A stretch of 64,000 nucleotides of DNA from the human T2T-CHM13v2.0 reference genome, Homo sapiens. The notes under the pieces are model-generated. The model did not search any database and was not told where the DNA came from. It saw only the letters and a list, made by a program, of their open reading frames with translations. The translations under genes and the position numbers were made by a program. Every line of letters starts with the position of its first letter. The first letter of the stretch is position 1. Shown piece by piece: positions 46,800 to 63,809 of the stretch. The stretch lies in assembly GCF_009914755.1 (NCBI RefSeq), contig NC_060926.1, one strand, 5' to 3'.

Positions 46800-47100
46800 T
46801 ATCCTTCTGCGTGTCTTGACCACAATTTCTTACCCATCTGTCTGTTGATGGGCATTTAGGTTGTTTCTAGTTGGGGCTACTGCAAATAAAACTTCTGGGA
46901 ACATCCGTGTACCAGTCTTTGCATGGACATAAGCTTTCATGTCTTGGTAAACACTCGGGAGTGGAATGTGGCTGGGTTATAGGCCAGGTGTAGATTGGAC
47001 CTGACTGTTCTCCAGAGCGGTTATACCTCTCCACACCCGCCAGCAGCGGCTGAGGGCTCCAGTTGCTCTCCATCCTCACCTACACTTGATATGCTCGGCC
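46800..47100 (-). mobile_element. L1ME 3' fragment
   Basis: CTGTTGATGGGCATTTAGGTTGTTTC...GGAGTGGAAT...CCAGTTGCTC...CATCCTCACC. Confidence 0.8.
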
Positions 47101-47884
47101 CTTTGAAGCTGAGTGTGCTTCTGTTTCAGTCACTCCCTGCACACTCTGAGGAAGCCGTCTTACCCTGTGCTGCACGTGAAGATGCGGAGTCTTCGTTTGC
47201 TCATCCTGCACAAGCCACCGGGGATCCCCGCACTCCCAGACCCTCCAGCTCCTGCTCACAGCCCACTCCTCAGTGCTTTGCCCTTTCCTATATCTTATCT
47301 TCTCATCGGCTTTACCCCTCTGCCGGTAAACTCAGCCCATCCTAAATAAGCCCTCCCTGGGCAGCACCTCCGGCGATGGCTCTGCTGCCAGATCTGCTGA
47401 GCAAACGCCCTGTGCCCCGGCCCCATCCTGCAGGCACGCCCGCCTCCTGACCCTCTCTTCCATGCTGCTTCCACGGTGTGGCTCTCCCCTTCCCATCCCA
47501 CCCCCCTTTATGATGGGGTGCCGTTGACTGCCCTCTGTTCCTCTGTCAAGGTTCTTCTTGAATGACCCACTTGCTCCCCGGCTGTCACCTCCACGTTCAC
47601 AACCCGAACCCCCATTTCCAGCCATGGCTGAACCTTGCACATCAGCCTCCTGGAAAGTCCTGACAGCAGGTCCCCGGGAGCTTTGCTTTCAGCCCTTCAG
47701 CCTTGGGGGTGCATCCTACATTTTCCCTCCCTACATTCAGATTCTGCAAATCGAACTGGGGGTTGGTCCAGAGTCCTGCTCCCACCTCCATCTGATCCCA
47801 CCCTAGTCCTGCCAATTTCACTTTCTGAATCTTATCCGACCTCCCGGCCCACCCAACCCTGGTCCCCACGCTGTGAAATGAACT

Positions 47885-48194
47885 TTCTTTTCTTTTCTTT
47901 TCTTTTTTTTGAGACGAAGTCTTGCTCTCTCCGGCCCAGGCCAGAGTGTAATGGCATGATCTCGGCTCACTGCAAACTCCGCCTCCCAGGTTCAAGCAAT
48001 TCTCCTGCCTCAGCCTCCTGAGCAGCTGGGATTACAGGCACCTGCCACCACGCCCAGCTAATTTTTGTATTTTTTTTTAGTAGAAACAGGGTTTCACCGT
48101 GTTGGCCAGGCCGGTCAAACTCCTGACCTCAGGCAATCCACCTGCCTCGGCCTCCCAAAGTGCTGGGATTATAGGCGTGAGCCACCGCGCCCGA
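47885..48194 (-). mobile_element. AluSp/Sq
   Basis: TSD AAATGAACTT. Confidence 0.95.
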
Positions 48195-49027
48195 CAAAAT
48201 GAACTTACTAAAGCACGAGTCTGACCGCAAGCCATTCTGTCACCTGTTTGAGCCTCCTGGGGCTCTTTCTCAGCCCCCAAGTGAATGCCTAGCTACATAG
48301 GCTGGCATTACTACCACCTGCTACCTGCCACCTGCCACCCACCCACCTTTGTCATCTGCCACCTCTGGCGTCACACGGCACCCTGAGTCCAGAACTTCTC
48401 AGGCCGTGTGCAAGTGCCAGGGGGCTCCACTCTGAAATGTCCCTCCTGCCTCTATGCTTGCCTGCCCTGACCTTGGCTTCAGACCATGCAGACACCCTCC
48501 CTCTCGGAAGACCCCTCTTTTGAGCTTATCTCCAAAAGAGATGTTATGCATCCCCCTCACATTGAACCGGAAGCATTGTGCAGGGCTGGGCCCCCCCTTG
48601 CCCTCAGTTTTGATTTCCCAGCCTGGCAGAGAATAAGTCCTCATTAAGATTGCTGTGAAACCTGCCCCACTTTGGCCAGTGAGTGAGGGCATGTCCAGAG
48701 TCAATCGGTCTGCCTCGCAGACACCATGATTTTATTTAACTGTTTTGTTATGGAAATGTCAAACGTACACAACGTAAACAGTAAACACAAACAAAGAGCA
48801 AATAGTATAATGAACCCGCATGCTTCCCACCCAGCTTTAATAACCTTCACGCTTTGCCACTTTTGTTTCATCTTTCCCACCAGTAATCCCCCAACCGGTG
48901 ATCCTCAACTCATTTAGTATGTTTATACTTCAAAGATTATGCTGTTTCTTTCTCTTCTCCATGCTGCCATGTATCATTGCAAAGAGCATTGGCAGTGGCT
49001 TTGACCACTAGTAAATGAAAAGAACAG

Positions 49028-49172
49028 GGCTGGGTGTGGTAGCTCACACCTGTAATCCCAGCACTTTGGGAGGCTGAGGCAGGAGGATCACTTGAACCCG
49101 GGAGTTCGAGATCAGCTAGGACAATGTAGTGAGACCCTGTCTCTACTAAATAAGAAAGAAATAAATAAAAAC
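49028..49172 (+). mobile_element. FLAM_C (free left Alu monomer)
   Basis: Single left arm with tail; TSD AGAACAG. Confidence 0.85.
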
Positions 49173-50195
49173 ATAGAACAGTCCAACATTACGAAAGCGA
49201 TTGCACTATTTTATTATTAATTTCTTATTCTGCATCAAGCATGTGGCACTGAGGGCTTCATAAGCATTATCTTAAGACACTGCCAGAAGTAGGTGTCATT
49301 ATTATTCCCATTTTACAGCAGCTAAAACTGAGGCTCAGACACTAGGAAATGTGTCCAGAGTCTCTGCTAGTAGGTGGCAGAGCTGTTTAACTGCACGGCC
49401 CGCAGGTGTCATTTAACCAGTGACGGTCTGAGGCTGATCTTGGGCACCTGGCGCTGGTCGTAGGAGCCCGTGGATGCCGAGCACCCTGGGCCACCTCACT
49501 TTGGGAGACGGTGAGGCTGTGCACACCACATTCCCTGCAATGATCCTGCTAAGAACAGGAGCCCAAGGTGCCAGCCGGCCGCGGCAAGACAGGGCCCGCC
49601 AGCTGTTTGGAAGAGGCGGCAACAATGAGTCACCGCGCACACGGGCCGTGCCGGGGCCGGGCCGGGGCGTTGTCTGGGTGGGTGACAGGCAGCCGGGTGT
49701 GTGGGCTGTGATGTAACAGGCCTGCTGCAGCTGCTGGGTGGCAGGCGACTCACTCTCCTCCTCTGTCATGGCTTTGAATCGCCTCTGCTGCGGGAGGGGC
49801 ATGGAGACAGCACAGCTCCTCCCCCAGCCCACGGCCAAGACAGCCGGCCAGGTCCAGAGGCCCACCAGCCACTCCTCGACCTCCACGCGCAGTCACCTGC
49901 CCTTCATCTTCACCTTGGACCTAGGGGGGACGAGTGGGGGGCGCGTGTACTGCAGTGGATGCTCCTGGCATAGAGCTTGGTGTAGAGAGAGAAGGAAATT
50001 CAAGACAGACCCAGGTCCCCAGTGCCTGAGGAAGGGCAAATGCAGCAGGAGTTGCTTCTTTTGACCTAAGAAGGAGAAGGAGGTAAAATGAGAAAGTGAT
50101 CCTTTGTTGAGTACCTATGGGGTCGCAGGTGCAGTGTTAAGTCTCATGACAGCCCAGTAAGATGGGCATCATTCATTCATTCATCCATTCATTCA

Positions 50196-50521
<326 letters not shown>

Positions 50522-52154
50522 CCCCAAATATTTCTGAGCACTTCCTTGGTCCCTCCACTGTTATTATCCTTGTTTTACAGGTAAGGAAACTGAGGCTCAA
50601 ACAGACCATTTGACTCCCCCAAGCAAGGCTGGATCTAGCTCTTACAGTTGCTTTGTGTGAATTTGAAGGCACGCCTCTGGGAAGATGCAGCCCCCGACCA
50701 GGGCACACAGCTTAGCAAGTGGGGAGTCCCTGGCCAGACACCCCTAGCTACGTTCCTGACCAATGGCTGGTAGACGGTACCACCTGGCCCTTGGCGTCCT
50801 AACCACGCACTCTCTCTCCCAGGCCATACATACTCCCTCTACCAGCAAAGGTCTCACAGGGTGAGGTCACCTTCATGGGGTGTTTGATAAACTCTATGAA
50901 CTAAAATAGATGTTTCTCGTCTTAAAAGGAGGCCGGAAAAGCTCTTAGGAAACGGTGAGTGAGCCAAGAGCCCAGGAGAACTGTGAGCTGGAGCCAATGG
51001 CCTGATCAAACTCAGTGGATGGAACGGGTAGGAGGCTGGTCCTGCACTGTGCGGGGGGAGGGCTGGGCGGGCAGCACTCAAGGTGGAAGCCACTCCTCCA
51101 GTCGGCCACGTGAGTCCTGATTTCTAGTACTTGAAATGTTCTGCGGAAAAGGATAACCATTGTTCTAGGTACTGGCGTACACTGCTAAGGGTAGATTTTA
51201 AATTTTCCAGCAAGAGCCGTTGAGAAGTGAAAGAGTCTGCCTTACATGTAGTGAGGTTGCCGTCATGGGAGGTATTTAAGCAAGGGCTGGCTAGCCACCT
51301 GTTCAGGCCAAGTTAGTCTGGATTGCATAATGGCTAGGGGACTTTCCAGGGATAAAACTCAGGATTCTGATTTGTTTGACAAACCCATTAGGTTACTGCA
51401 TTAAGCCACTATATTAACATCCTGTAACATGCAAAGGAAATCACCGTATTCAGTTCTTAAGTGCGTCCAGGAGCCCAGAGGGCCAGCCAGACCCTGAAGA
51501 AGGAAGTGAAGGATGGAGTGAGGCAGTTCTGCAGCTCAGGAAAGAAGCCAGTGCTCCCAGGAGTTGTCACCCCACTCCAGCTGGTTTGCATGGGAGCCGC
51601 AGGCAGTTCCTTGGCCCTGGCCAAGCTTCCAGCCACTCTGGCCACCCCATGGCTCCAGGCAGTGAGCACAGAGTCTGCGGCAGAAGTGGAAGGGCAGCCA
51701 GCCGGTCTGTGGCTGGAGAGTACCAGCTCGTCTGCACTGGTCGTTACAATAGGGTCATGCTTCCGCACCAGCGGGCAGAGCTGCCGCTGCCCAGCCTCCA
51801 AGATTCTGCAACTAGAGGAGGCCTGGGACCAGGGGTCTCTCTGATACTGGCCTGACAATCAGCAGGCTCATCACTGTAAGCAAAAACCCCTCGAGGGGGC
51901 TGAACACCTGTACAGATGTACACCGGTGTGTGCGGATGGACGGCCTTCTTTCTGGCCACCCAGTCTCCCCTGGCCTGGGCCGATGTGGAGGACACAGGTG
52001 AATGTGGCAGGGCCCAGTGTGCATCCAGGCCTAGGTGGGGACTCTGGCCGCTCTGTTTAGGAACCACCATGGGGACCTTGGGTGCATCGTGCCCCCATCA
52101 GCACACGTGAACAGTAGCATCACAAGTGCAGGACTGGCATGAGGGTGCTCAGCT

Positions 52155-52342
52155 GCTGGGTTCCAATCCTGGTGGTGCAGCCTCGGCCATATCACTTAAC
52201 TTCAGCGTGCCTCAGTTTCCCCAGCTGTAATGTGGAGTGGCACTTCTCTCATAGGGTTGCCGTGAACCTTAAATGAGATAGTTCCTGTGATGAGCTCAGG
52301 AGCGCCAAGCACAGAGCTCAATAAAAGTTAATTATTATTATT
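52155..52342 (+). mobile_element. MIR
   Basis: CTGGGTTCCAATCCTGG...GTGCCTCAGTTTCCCC...CATAGGGTTG...TTAAATGAGATA...GCTCAATAAA. Confidence 0.85.
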
Positions 52343-55300
52343 TGGCACGGGACCTGTTCGCTATTAGATGCTCAATTAACTTTCCTCTCCTACCCAGCCC
52401 CGGGGACTCACGAGCCCGGGAGGGAGCCAGGCCTGTATGGTGAGCACCTCATTAGTCACAGCCCTGAGTGGAGACTCCAAACCTCTGAGTGGAGACTCTT
52501 CCCTCCCTCCAGGGCAGCAACGTTTCTGTCTCCGAGTCCCCACAGACCTGGCAGAGCCCCAGCCCCAACAAGTCAACGCCTCCTTCCTTCCTCCCAGCTC
52601 TTCTGTTGTGTCTGTGACAAACACACAGAGACGCCAGGGAGCACCTCCCCACCTTGGCTCCCTTCTCCTGCGGGTGCCTCCCGGTCCCTCCTCCCCTGCC
52701 CGAGGTCTGAAGGTGGGAATCTCCAACGCCCCTCTTTTACCAGGTAGAAGATGCTGCAGGGCGAGGGCTGAGTTGCACAGGACAGGCCTGGCCCCCATCC
52801 ACTTTCCTGCTCACCCTCCCACTTCTGTGCGGTCCCCTGGTCTTCCAGGACCGGAGGCTGTAGGTTGGGCATGGCCAGCAAGGGCTGCATCCGGGCCAGT
52901 GGGGAGGTGGGACTTGAGGCCCTCGGGACTTCAGGCTGTCTCCGACTCTCTCGCTGGAGTCTGGGTGGGGAATTGGAAGTTAGGACAGGCACAGGCTATA
53001 TTTTTGCCCCACTTGAAGGGTTGCCTGGGAGGGTTGGCGGTGGGGCTTGCCCCCCAACAAAACAGCTGAGACCCTGCTGTCGAAGGAACAGCTGCTGGCG
53101 GCTGGTACCTACCAGGCAGGGAGCCCCAGCTGTAACATTAGGGGCTTTGACACCCCCAGGAGGTGGTGGGAAGAAGACTGGGACCCTCCATGGGCACAGC
53201 TGGCCTACAAGCTGTAGACAAGAGCCTCCACAAGACCCCAGGCCTGCCCTCCACCCCGATGGCCCCGGGGCTCCTCCTGGCTCTGCAGGAAGAGGACTGG
53301 GCAGACGTAGGACAGGGGCAGGGCCTCTGATTCTGGCTTCTGTGTCTTCTTGCCACAGGGAAGGATTTGGCTCCTCTAGTCACAGGTGAGTTCCCTCGGC
53401 TCCCCCCAGTGCACCTGCCCTGATCCGCCTCCTCCCACCCCCACCACGTGGTGGAAGTGGACACCTGTGCTGGACTCCTCAGGCACCTGCCCCGGCAGCC
53501 AGCCTCCTTCCCTCCACTGGGCCTGTGGACACGATCATGCAGAAGCTTCTCCCCAGCTCTGACCCCTCCTCCACCAGCCTTTCCTCCCCTTCCTGCTACC
53601 CAGCCTTCTCCCTCAGTGGCAGTGGCACCAAGCCATCCAGCGGACCTTGCTCAGATCTCGCCCCACTCTGCCTAACTCACTCAGCAGCCCATGTCAGCCC
53701 CTTGCCTCCACTGCCCCCTTAATTATTGATGTCCCCAGAGATAAACCCAGGCACTCTCAGGGTATCAAATGCCACCTGGACACAGTGACACCAAGTATGG
53801 CTCTTTCCAGACCTCTCCATACCCTGCCCAAGCTCTTGACCCGTGAATCCATGTATGGTCATTCAGCGAATGCCCCACATCTCACCTGCAGCTACACTGG
53901 GAGGGGTCCGCAGGCACCGCCTTTTCAAGCCCCCTTTAGGGACTTGTGCTTGCACTCCAGGACCTTCAGGCCACCCCGCCGCCACGCCCCCCTCCACCCC
54001 CAACACCTGACGGGCCTCTGAGTCCTGTCGTCCCACCAATCTCTCCCGGATTCGGCCTCCTTTCTCTCTGCCCTAGTTCAGGCTTCTCCATTTCATGCCT
54101 GTCCTCGGTTCAGCCCCTCGCAGCCTACAGAAGAATCTTGAATGTGCAGAACCACCTTTCAAGCCTGGCTTCTGTGTCTTCTTGCCACAGGCAAGGATTT
54201 TGCTCCTCCAGCCACAGTCCGTGGCGTAAGGTCCAGTTCCTCGGCAGGCCTCAGCTCCAGCAGCCTGGCCCGGCCTCCATGGCATCTCTCCCCCTCCTCC
54301 TTTAAGCCCTGAATGTCTGCCTCTCAACACCACCTCTGGGCACAGGCTGCACTCTCTGCCTGGGATGCCGTTTCTGCCTGGCTGGCCTGCCTGGAGAGCT
54401 CCTCTTTGCTCCTGAAATCCCCTCCTCCTACAGCTCTGCAAGACCAGTGGGTCACTGTCTCCTATGCTCCCGCTGTCCCCAAGCTTCTCTCCACCGAGAC
54501 ACATGTCTTAGCACTAGAGTCTCTTCCCTCACTGTTCCAGGGCCCTTTGAGGTGGCAGCGTGTCTGCCCCTGCTCCATGTCCCCCAGCCCTGAGCATGAC
54601 CCAGCACACAGGTCAACTGTGATTGATAGCCTAGAGCCTCAACTGCAGAGAGAATTGGGGGGTCCAGAGAAGGAACCAGGGGTCAGGCAGCAGGAAGAAT
54701 TCCACCCCTCACAATTAGGAGCCTGAGAACTTGGGCAAACCTGCCCAGGACAGCTGTTAGCATTCAGATTAATTAGTGAACTCTGTCAAGCACTTTGAAC
54801 ATGAAACGTGCTACATAAACGCTAAGTATTGTTATTAAAAAGTAAGAAGTTCTCTAATATGCCAGACTGGAGAGCCCCAGACTAGTCTAAATAAAATGAA
54901 AGAATACAGAAAATGAAGCAATTAAAAGGTGTTATTTCAGGAGTTGCAAAAAGATGAAAGTACCAAACGGCTGCATTTTGTGCTGGCTTTTGTGAGCATC
55001 TCCCCTGCCTGTCCTCTGCCTCAGCTGCCTCTGTCTGAGGTCTGGTTCCCATGGTGGCAGGGGGACTATGAGGTGGCCTGTTAGGGCCAGGGCTCTGGGG
55101 GTCTGGGAAGAGCCAGGGAACCAAGGGACAGAGAACGTGCAATTGGAAGTGGCTGGTCTAGAGAGACTGCTGGGCTTGGAGGCTGACGGGCTGGTTGGAG
55201 TCTCTATACCAGTTGTGTAGCCGCCCCTCAGAGCCTCATTTTCCCCGCATGTAAAACTGAAGGGCAGGTGCAGGTCTACACTTTGCACAACTTGCCAGAG

Positions 55301-55686
55301 AATTCCAAACAGAGGTAGCGGAAGGCGGTGGAAAGAGGTGGCGTCAGGCCTCCGTCCTTATGAGCTAGGTGACCCCACCTAGGACAGGTACTCCCTCCAA
55401 GCCTCAGTTTCTTCATCTGCAAAATGGGGCTACTATCATGCCCCTCACATAATTGCTGTGGCTAAGAGATAACAATGAGCTCCTGAAGCACAGGGAGACT
55501 GTTCACTGCAGCCCGCACACGATGGCTGGAGATACGCTTCAAGCGTGAATGCTGACACCATTTCGGATTTCTCTTTTCCCTTTCTAGAGCTCTCTCCTGG
55601 AGACAAAGACCAGGGTTCAAACCCCAGGCCTCCCTTACAGGCTCTCCCAACTGCTTGTAAAAATGAGATAAAAACTCCCACCACAG

Positions 55687-56050
<364 letters not shown>

Positions 56051-57589
56051 TCAAGGTGAATGATGTGGTGAAATAAATGTTTGCTTTTCCTCCCTCAGCT
56101 GAAAGAGGTCAGGGGCGCCCCGTGCGTGTTTTGTCGAGGCTGAGCTGAGGGTCTGAGACTCCACCTCTTCATGGCCTCTTGCCCCAGAGCCTCCTTGGAG
56201 AGAGGAGCTCCCCCAGGCACGTCTTGAGGAACACACCCGGTGGGACCCAGGCATGGGCCAGTCTAAGAGGGGACCAAAGGGAATGAGAAGCCAGCACGAG
56301 GCAAAATTCCTCCGCCTCAGACAACAGCACCGAAGAAATGATTTCTCTGAGTCCGGGGAACCTGAGTCTGGGGCTCCACGCTGAGCAGATTTGCCTCAGG
56401 ACTCTGAGCCTTGGTTTGCTTGTCTGTAAAACGGACGCTTTGGACTAGACGCTGTTTGGGTTCACCCAGACCCTAACCTCATCTGTAGTTTGCCTCAATC
56501 TCTAGCTCAGATGGCCAGAGTCCTGGGGTGGCTGGGCCCATGTTTACCTCCCTTTCTGGCCAGTATAGGTTTTCGGAAGTGTTTCCAGAACACGGGGTCC
56601 CAGGTTGGTCACTAGAGCCTCTGTTGCTGCAGAAGGTGGCTTTCTCCCAGGAGTGCTCACGGGGCACCCCTGGAGTCTCCAACAGTCAGCTGAGATGGGA
56701 CTGGGGGTCACACAGGGAAGGGCCGCCAGGACGGGAGCGCTGAGCTCCTCCAGCAGCTGCTCCCTGACAGGCTCCTGGAAACCTGTGCCTCAGCCTGGAC
56801 TCCTGCCTTGGGCCTTTTCACTAGGGCCCCATGGGGCTGCGGCCTCCTGCCTGGACCCCGCCTGAGAGGTGCTCGGGTTTCTCTTGCCTGTCCTCCCTGG
56901 AGGTGGACAATGGGTTGGGCCTGGCCTTCACTCCTCCTTACGGAGGGGGCTCAGGTTGGAGCACACGGGTCGTCACTGTCCCTCCCATTAGCACTTGCTG
57001 GGAGGCAGGCCAGCAGGAGTCCTCTTACAGAACAAATGGGGAAACCAAGGTTCAGTGAGGTGGCTGATTGGCCCTTGGACCTCTGAAGTGGACCCTTCCC
57101 CTTGGAGAGTACCTGCCCCCAGCCCACTCCAGGTCTGAGGCTCCTGGCCACCCACCCCTGCAGGGTGCCTGTGGCTGTGGGCCTCCTGGGAGGCCAGAGG
57201 GGGCCATTTGTGAGCAAAACTTCCAGGCCGGGCCCCTGGGCTCACTAGGACACTGCAGAACAGCTGCCACACACAGCCACGAAGCTATGCAGGAGAGGGC
57301 TGTGCACGGTCCCACTGGCCTGGCCTCTCCATCTCAAGCTTTGCCTGTACCTGGGCAAGCCTGTCAAGGGACACACAGGTCACCTTCATGGCCCCCCAGT
57401 GGGTCCCCTTTTTAAAAGGAAGAAAAATGGGCAGAATTTCTAAGTAGCAGATTTCACTGGGGGATTTTAAGTGATACTCTGTGAATGAGACTCTTTCACA
57501 GAACTTCTGGTTTGAATTATCACATTTAGATCCAAGAGCTCAAGGAAACTGAGGCTGTGTGGCTGCTAGGGATCACCTGCTCTAGTAAT

Positions 57590-58040
57590 TCCAAAACCAG
57601 GAATGGGGTAGTCATGAAAATACAGATTCTGAGCCCTGCCACGGGCCCCTAACTGAGAATCTCTGGGGTTCTCTGGGGTTAGGACAAGGAACTTGGCCTT
57701 GTAACAGAAGTCCCAGAAGGGCCAGGAGCAGTGGCTCACACTTGTCATCCCAGCACTGTGGGAGATTGAGGTGGGTGGATCACCTGAGGTTAAGCGTTCG
57801 AGACCAGCCTGGCCAACATGGTGAAACCCCATCTCTACTTAAAAAAAAAAAACAATCAGCCAGGTGTGGTGGCGCAAGCCTGTAATCCCAGCGCACTGTA
57901 ATCCCAGTGAATCTCCTGAGGCAGGAGAATTACTTGAACCTGGGAGGCGGAGGTTACAGGGAGCTGAGATCAAGCCACTGCACTCTGGCCTGGGCGACAG
58001 AGCGAGACTCCGTCTCAAAAAAAAAAAGTTCCAGAAGGGG
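57590..58040. mobile_element. MER5A-like fragment with AluS(+) 57720-58028 inserted
   Basis: AAAATACAGATTCTGAGCCC...GAGAATCTCTGGGG; TSD AAGT(C/T)CCAGAAG. Confidence 0.75.
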
Positions 58041-58105
58041 GACTGTCAGGTCACTGGTTCCTGAGGACTGCTCATCTAGTCCGAGGCCTGCGCCTTATAG
58101 AGCAG

Positions 58106-58203
58106 CCCATAGCCTGTGCAGAGCGCAGAGCTGATGTCCCATAGCCCGTGCAGAGTGCAGAGCTGATGTCCTGTAGCCTGTGCAGAGCGCAGAGCTGATG
58201 TCC
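58106..58203. repeat. 32-bp tandem repeat x3
   Basis: CCCATAGCCTGTGCAGAGCGCAGAGCTGATGT starting at 58106, 58138 and 58170. Confidence 0.95.
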
Positions 58204-59199
58204 AGCGTGGCTTCTGTCACCATCATGCTATGATTTCTGCACCTGCACCCCTCCTGCCACACTCCCCTGCACTCAGGGGATCCATGGCATTGCTGGGGCT
58301 GGCCCACAGGCCCGGCTTGACTCCAGAGGTGCCCAACACCATGAAATTGCATAGTCCTTAGACATTTACTGGCGACCTACTGTATGTTTTGGGCCCTGCC
58401 CATGGCCAGGGAGTCAGAGGAGGCTTCTCTTACAGAAGTAGCCCAGAAGGGTCTTGCTGAGCAGACAGAACTTTACGGCCGCTGAGTTCTGGTTGTTCTG
58501 GGAATAGTGAGGTAGAGCTATGGACAGGGAGAAATGCTTCTAAATGTCCTCTATAGTGAGAGTCTGGTTTGGTTACTGCATGTAGCAATTACTAATATTT
58601 GTTGAATACAAGAAAGAATGAACAAAGCTGGAAGGGTAAGTTGGAGGCAGGTCATGGAAGGTTGTGGAACACCAAGCCGAAGAGCTTGAACTTCGTTCCA
58701 TGCAGACAATGAAGAGCTCTGGGGTATGGGGTGAACCAACCTCATCTGTGCTTTGGGAAGATCACACTGGCGGTTGCAGTGTGGTGCACGACAGTGTGTG
58801 CTGAATGGAATGAGTGACACAGGTCCCCCGACCCTGTGGGAACCCTGTGGCTCCCAGGGGCCCAGGAACCAAACTCAAGGTTTTCACCAGCAGGGGCTGA
58901 GGCCGGCACCATTGGCTTCAACTTGGTAGAGCACAGGGCTGACACACAGCGGTCTCCAGGACCCAGAGACCGCCTGGGAAAGGGCATCTTTCACCTTCGC
59001 TGCACCTGTTCCCAGCTGAAAGCAGCTTGAGGGGCTTGTCCCCAGACTCAGCCCTGCTGGAGCCTCCAGGGGCCCCACTGTCACTGGGCCCCAGAAAACC
59101 TGGGCCAAGACTTCCATTTCAAACATCCATCGAGCAAGTGCAGTCAAATAAACGCCCTCACACCAGCCAGTGGGAGCGCAGAGTGGTAAAGTCCTTCTA

Positions 59200-62640
<3,441 letters not shown>

Positions 62641-62659
62641 AAAACTGTATTCATCCTGC

Positions 62660-63562
62660 TCTAGAATTGATGGTCTCAGATGATGAATAAGGGTGGATAA
62701 ATAGGGACACTTAAATTGGGAGCCTTTCTTACAACGTTGATGGTTGTTTGTGTGTGTGTTTGTTTTTTTCCCCAAGTTTCAATCTCCACTGAAATGCCAC
62801 ACCAATGCTTGGATTTATAAGGTGGCCTAGACCAATGTGTGGGTTTTTTCTTTTCTGTTTTAAAACTTCCCTTGAGAAAATAAATGGTAATGGAGAGAAC
62901 TATTTAACAAGGTCCTGGTTTCTCTTGCAACACAGTAGCTAAACTTGTGTGCCTTTATGTGCATTTGTGTAGGAATCAGCTTGGTAGATGGTATCTTTCC
63001 CCATCATGGGCAATATTAGCACCTGCAGAGAAATGACACCTTGATCTCAGTTTCAAGCCCATCTCCCACCAGTCCTAGGCCCTGTTCAGCCAAGCAGGGC
63101 TGTTGGTTTATGTGTGCTGCAGCAGCGGGCATAATGAATAATTTACCCAGTGGACAAAAGGTGTATACCAAGTGAATTTAAATAATTGGTGTGGATTGGC
63201 TAGCAGCTAGAAGTGAGCTGTTAAAGAGAGATATGGAAGATTGAAAGTTTTGTTTTATTTTAAGCCTATTGATTGTAGATAATGAAAAGCTTCATGTCTG
63301 CTCTCCTTTCAAATATTTGCATCTAAAACTGTTTTTTCCACTCTCCTACCTTGCCCCTGTTAAAATAGAAATGGGGATTGATCTACATCCCGCTCCTGAA
63401 TACACGTAAAATTTGTACAAAAATATCTTCTATAAAAATGATTTGTAATCTGTAGACTTAATACTTGGGAGATGGCTTGAGATGTAAAATCCCATCCTTT
63501 GGGTTGTGGGTTTTTTGTTTTCTCCAGATAAATCTGATCTTTAAAGTTCAAAACAAAACACC
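62660..63562 (+). pseudogene. Probable 5'-truncated processed pseudogene consisting of mRNA 3'UTR only; parent gene not identified
   Basis: ~0.9 kb that matches no repeat I know and has U-rich 3'UTR-like texture; it ends GATAAATCTGATCTTTAAAGTTC (degenerate AATAAA ~20 nt before the end) followed by A-rich AAAACAAAAC. Confidence 0.55.
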
Positions 63563-63754
63563 CCCTATTTATCAAATATGTGTGTTTAAAAAGACTGGAA
63601 GAAAACGAGAGAAAATAATAGCTTCTATTGTCTTTGGGTAATAAGATCATGTGTGGTTTCCCCTTTATTTTTATTTATTTTCTCCATTTTTTTCCCCTAC
63701 ATTTTCTGAGTGTTCTACAACAGGCCTGCAGTTCTTGGATAATCAGAAAAACAG

Positions 63755-63757
<3 letters not shown>

Positions 63758-63794
<37 letters not shown>

Positions 63795-63809
63795 TGTGTG
63801 TGTGTGTGT
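63758..63809. repeat. Compound (AG)n(TG)n microsatellite
   Basis: Direct inspection. Confidence 0.95.
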
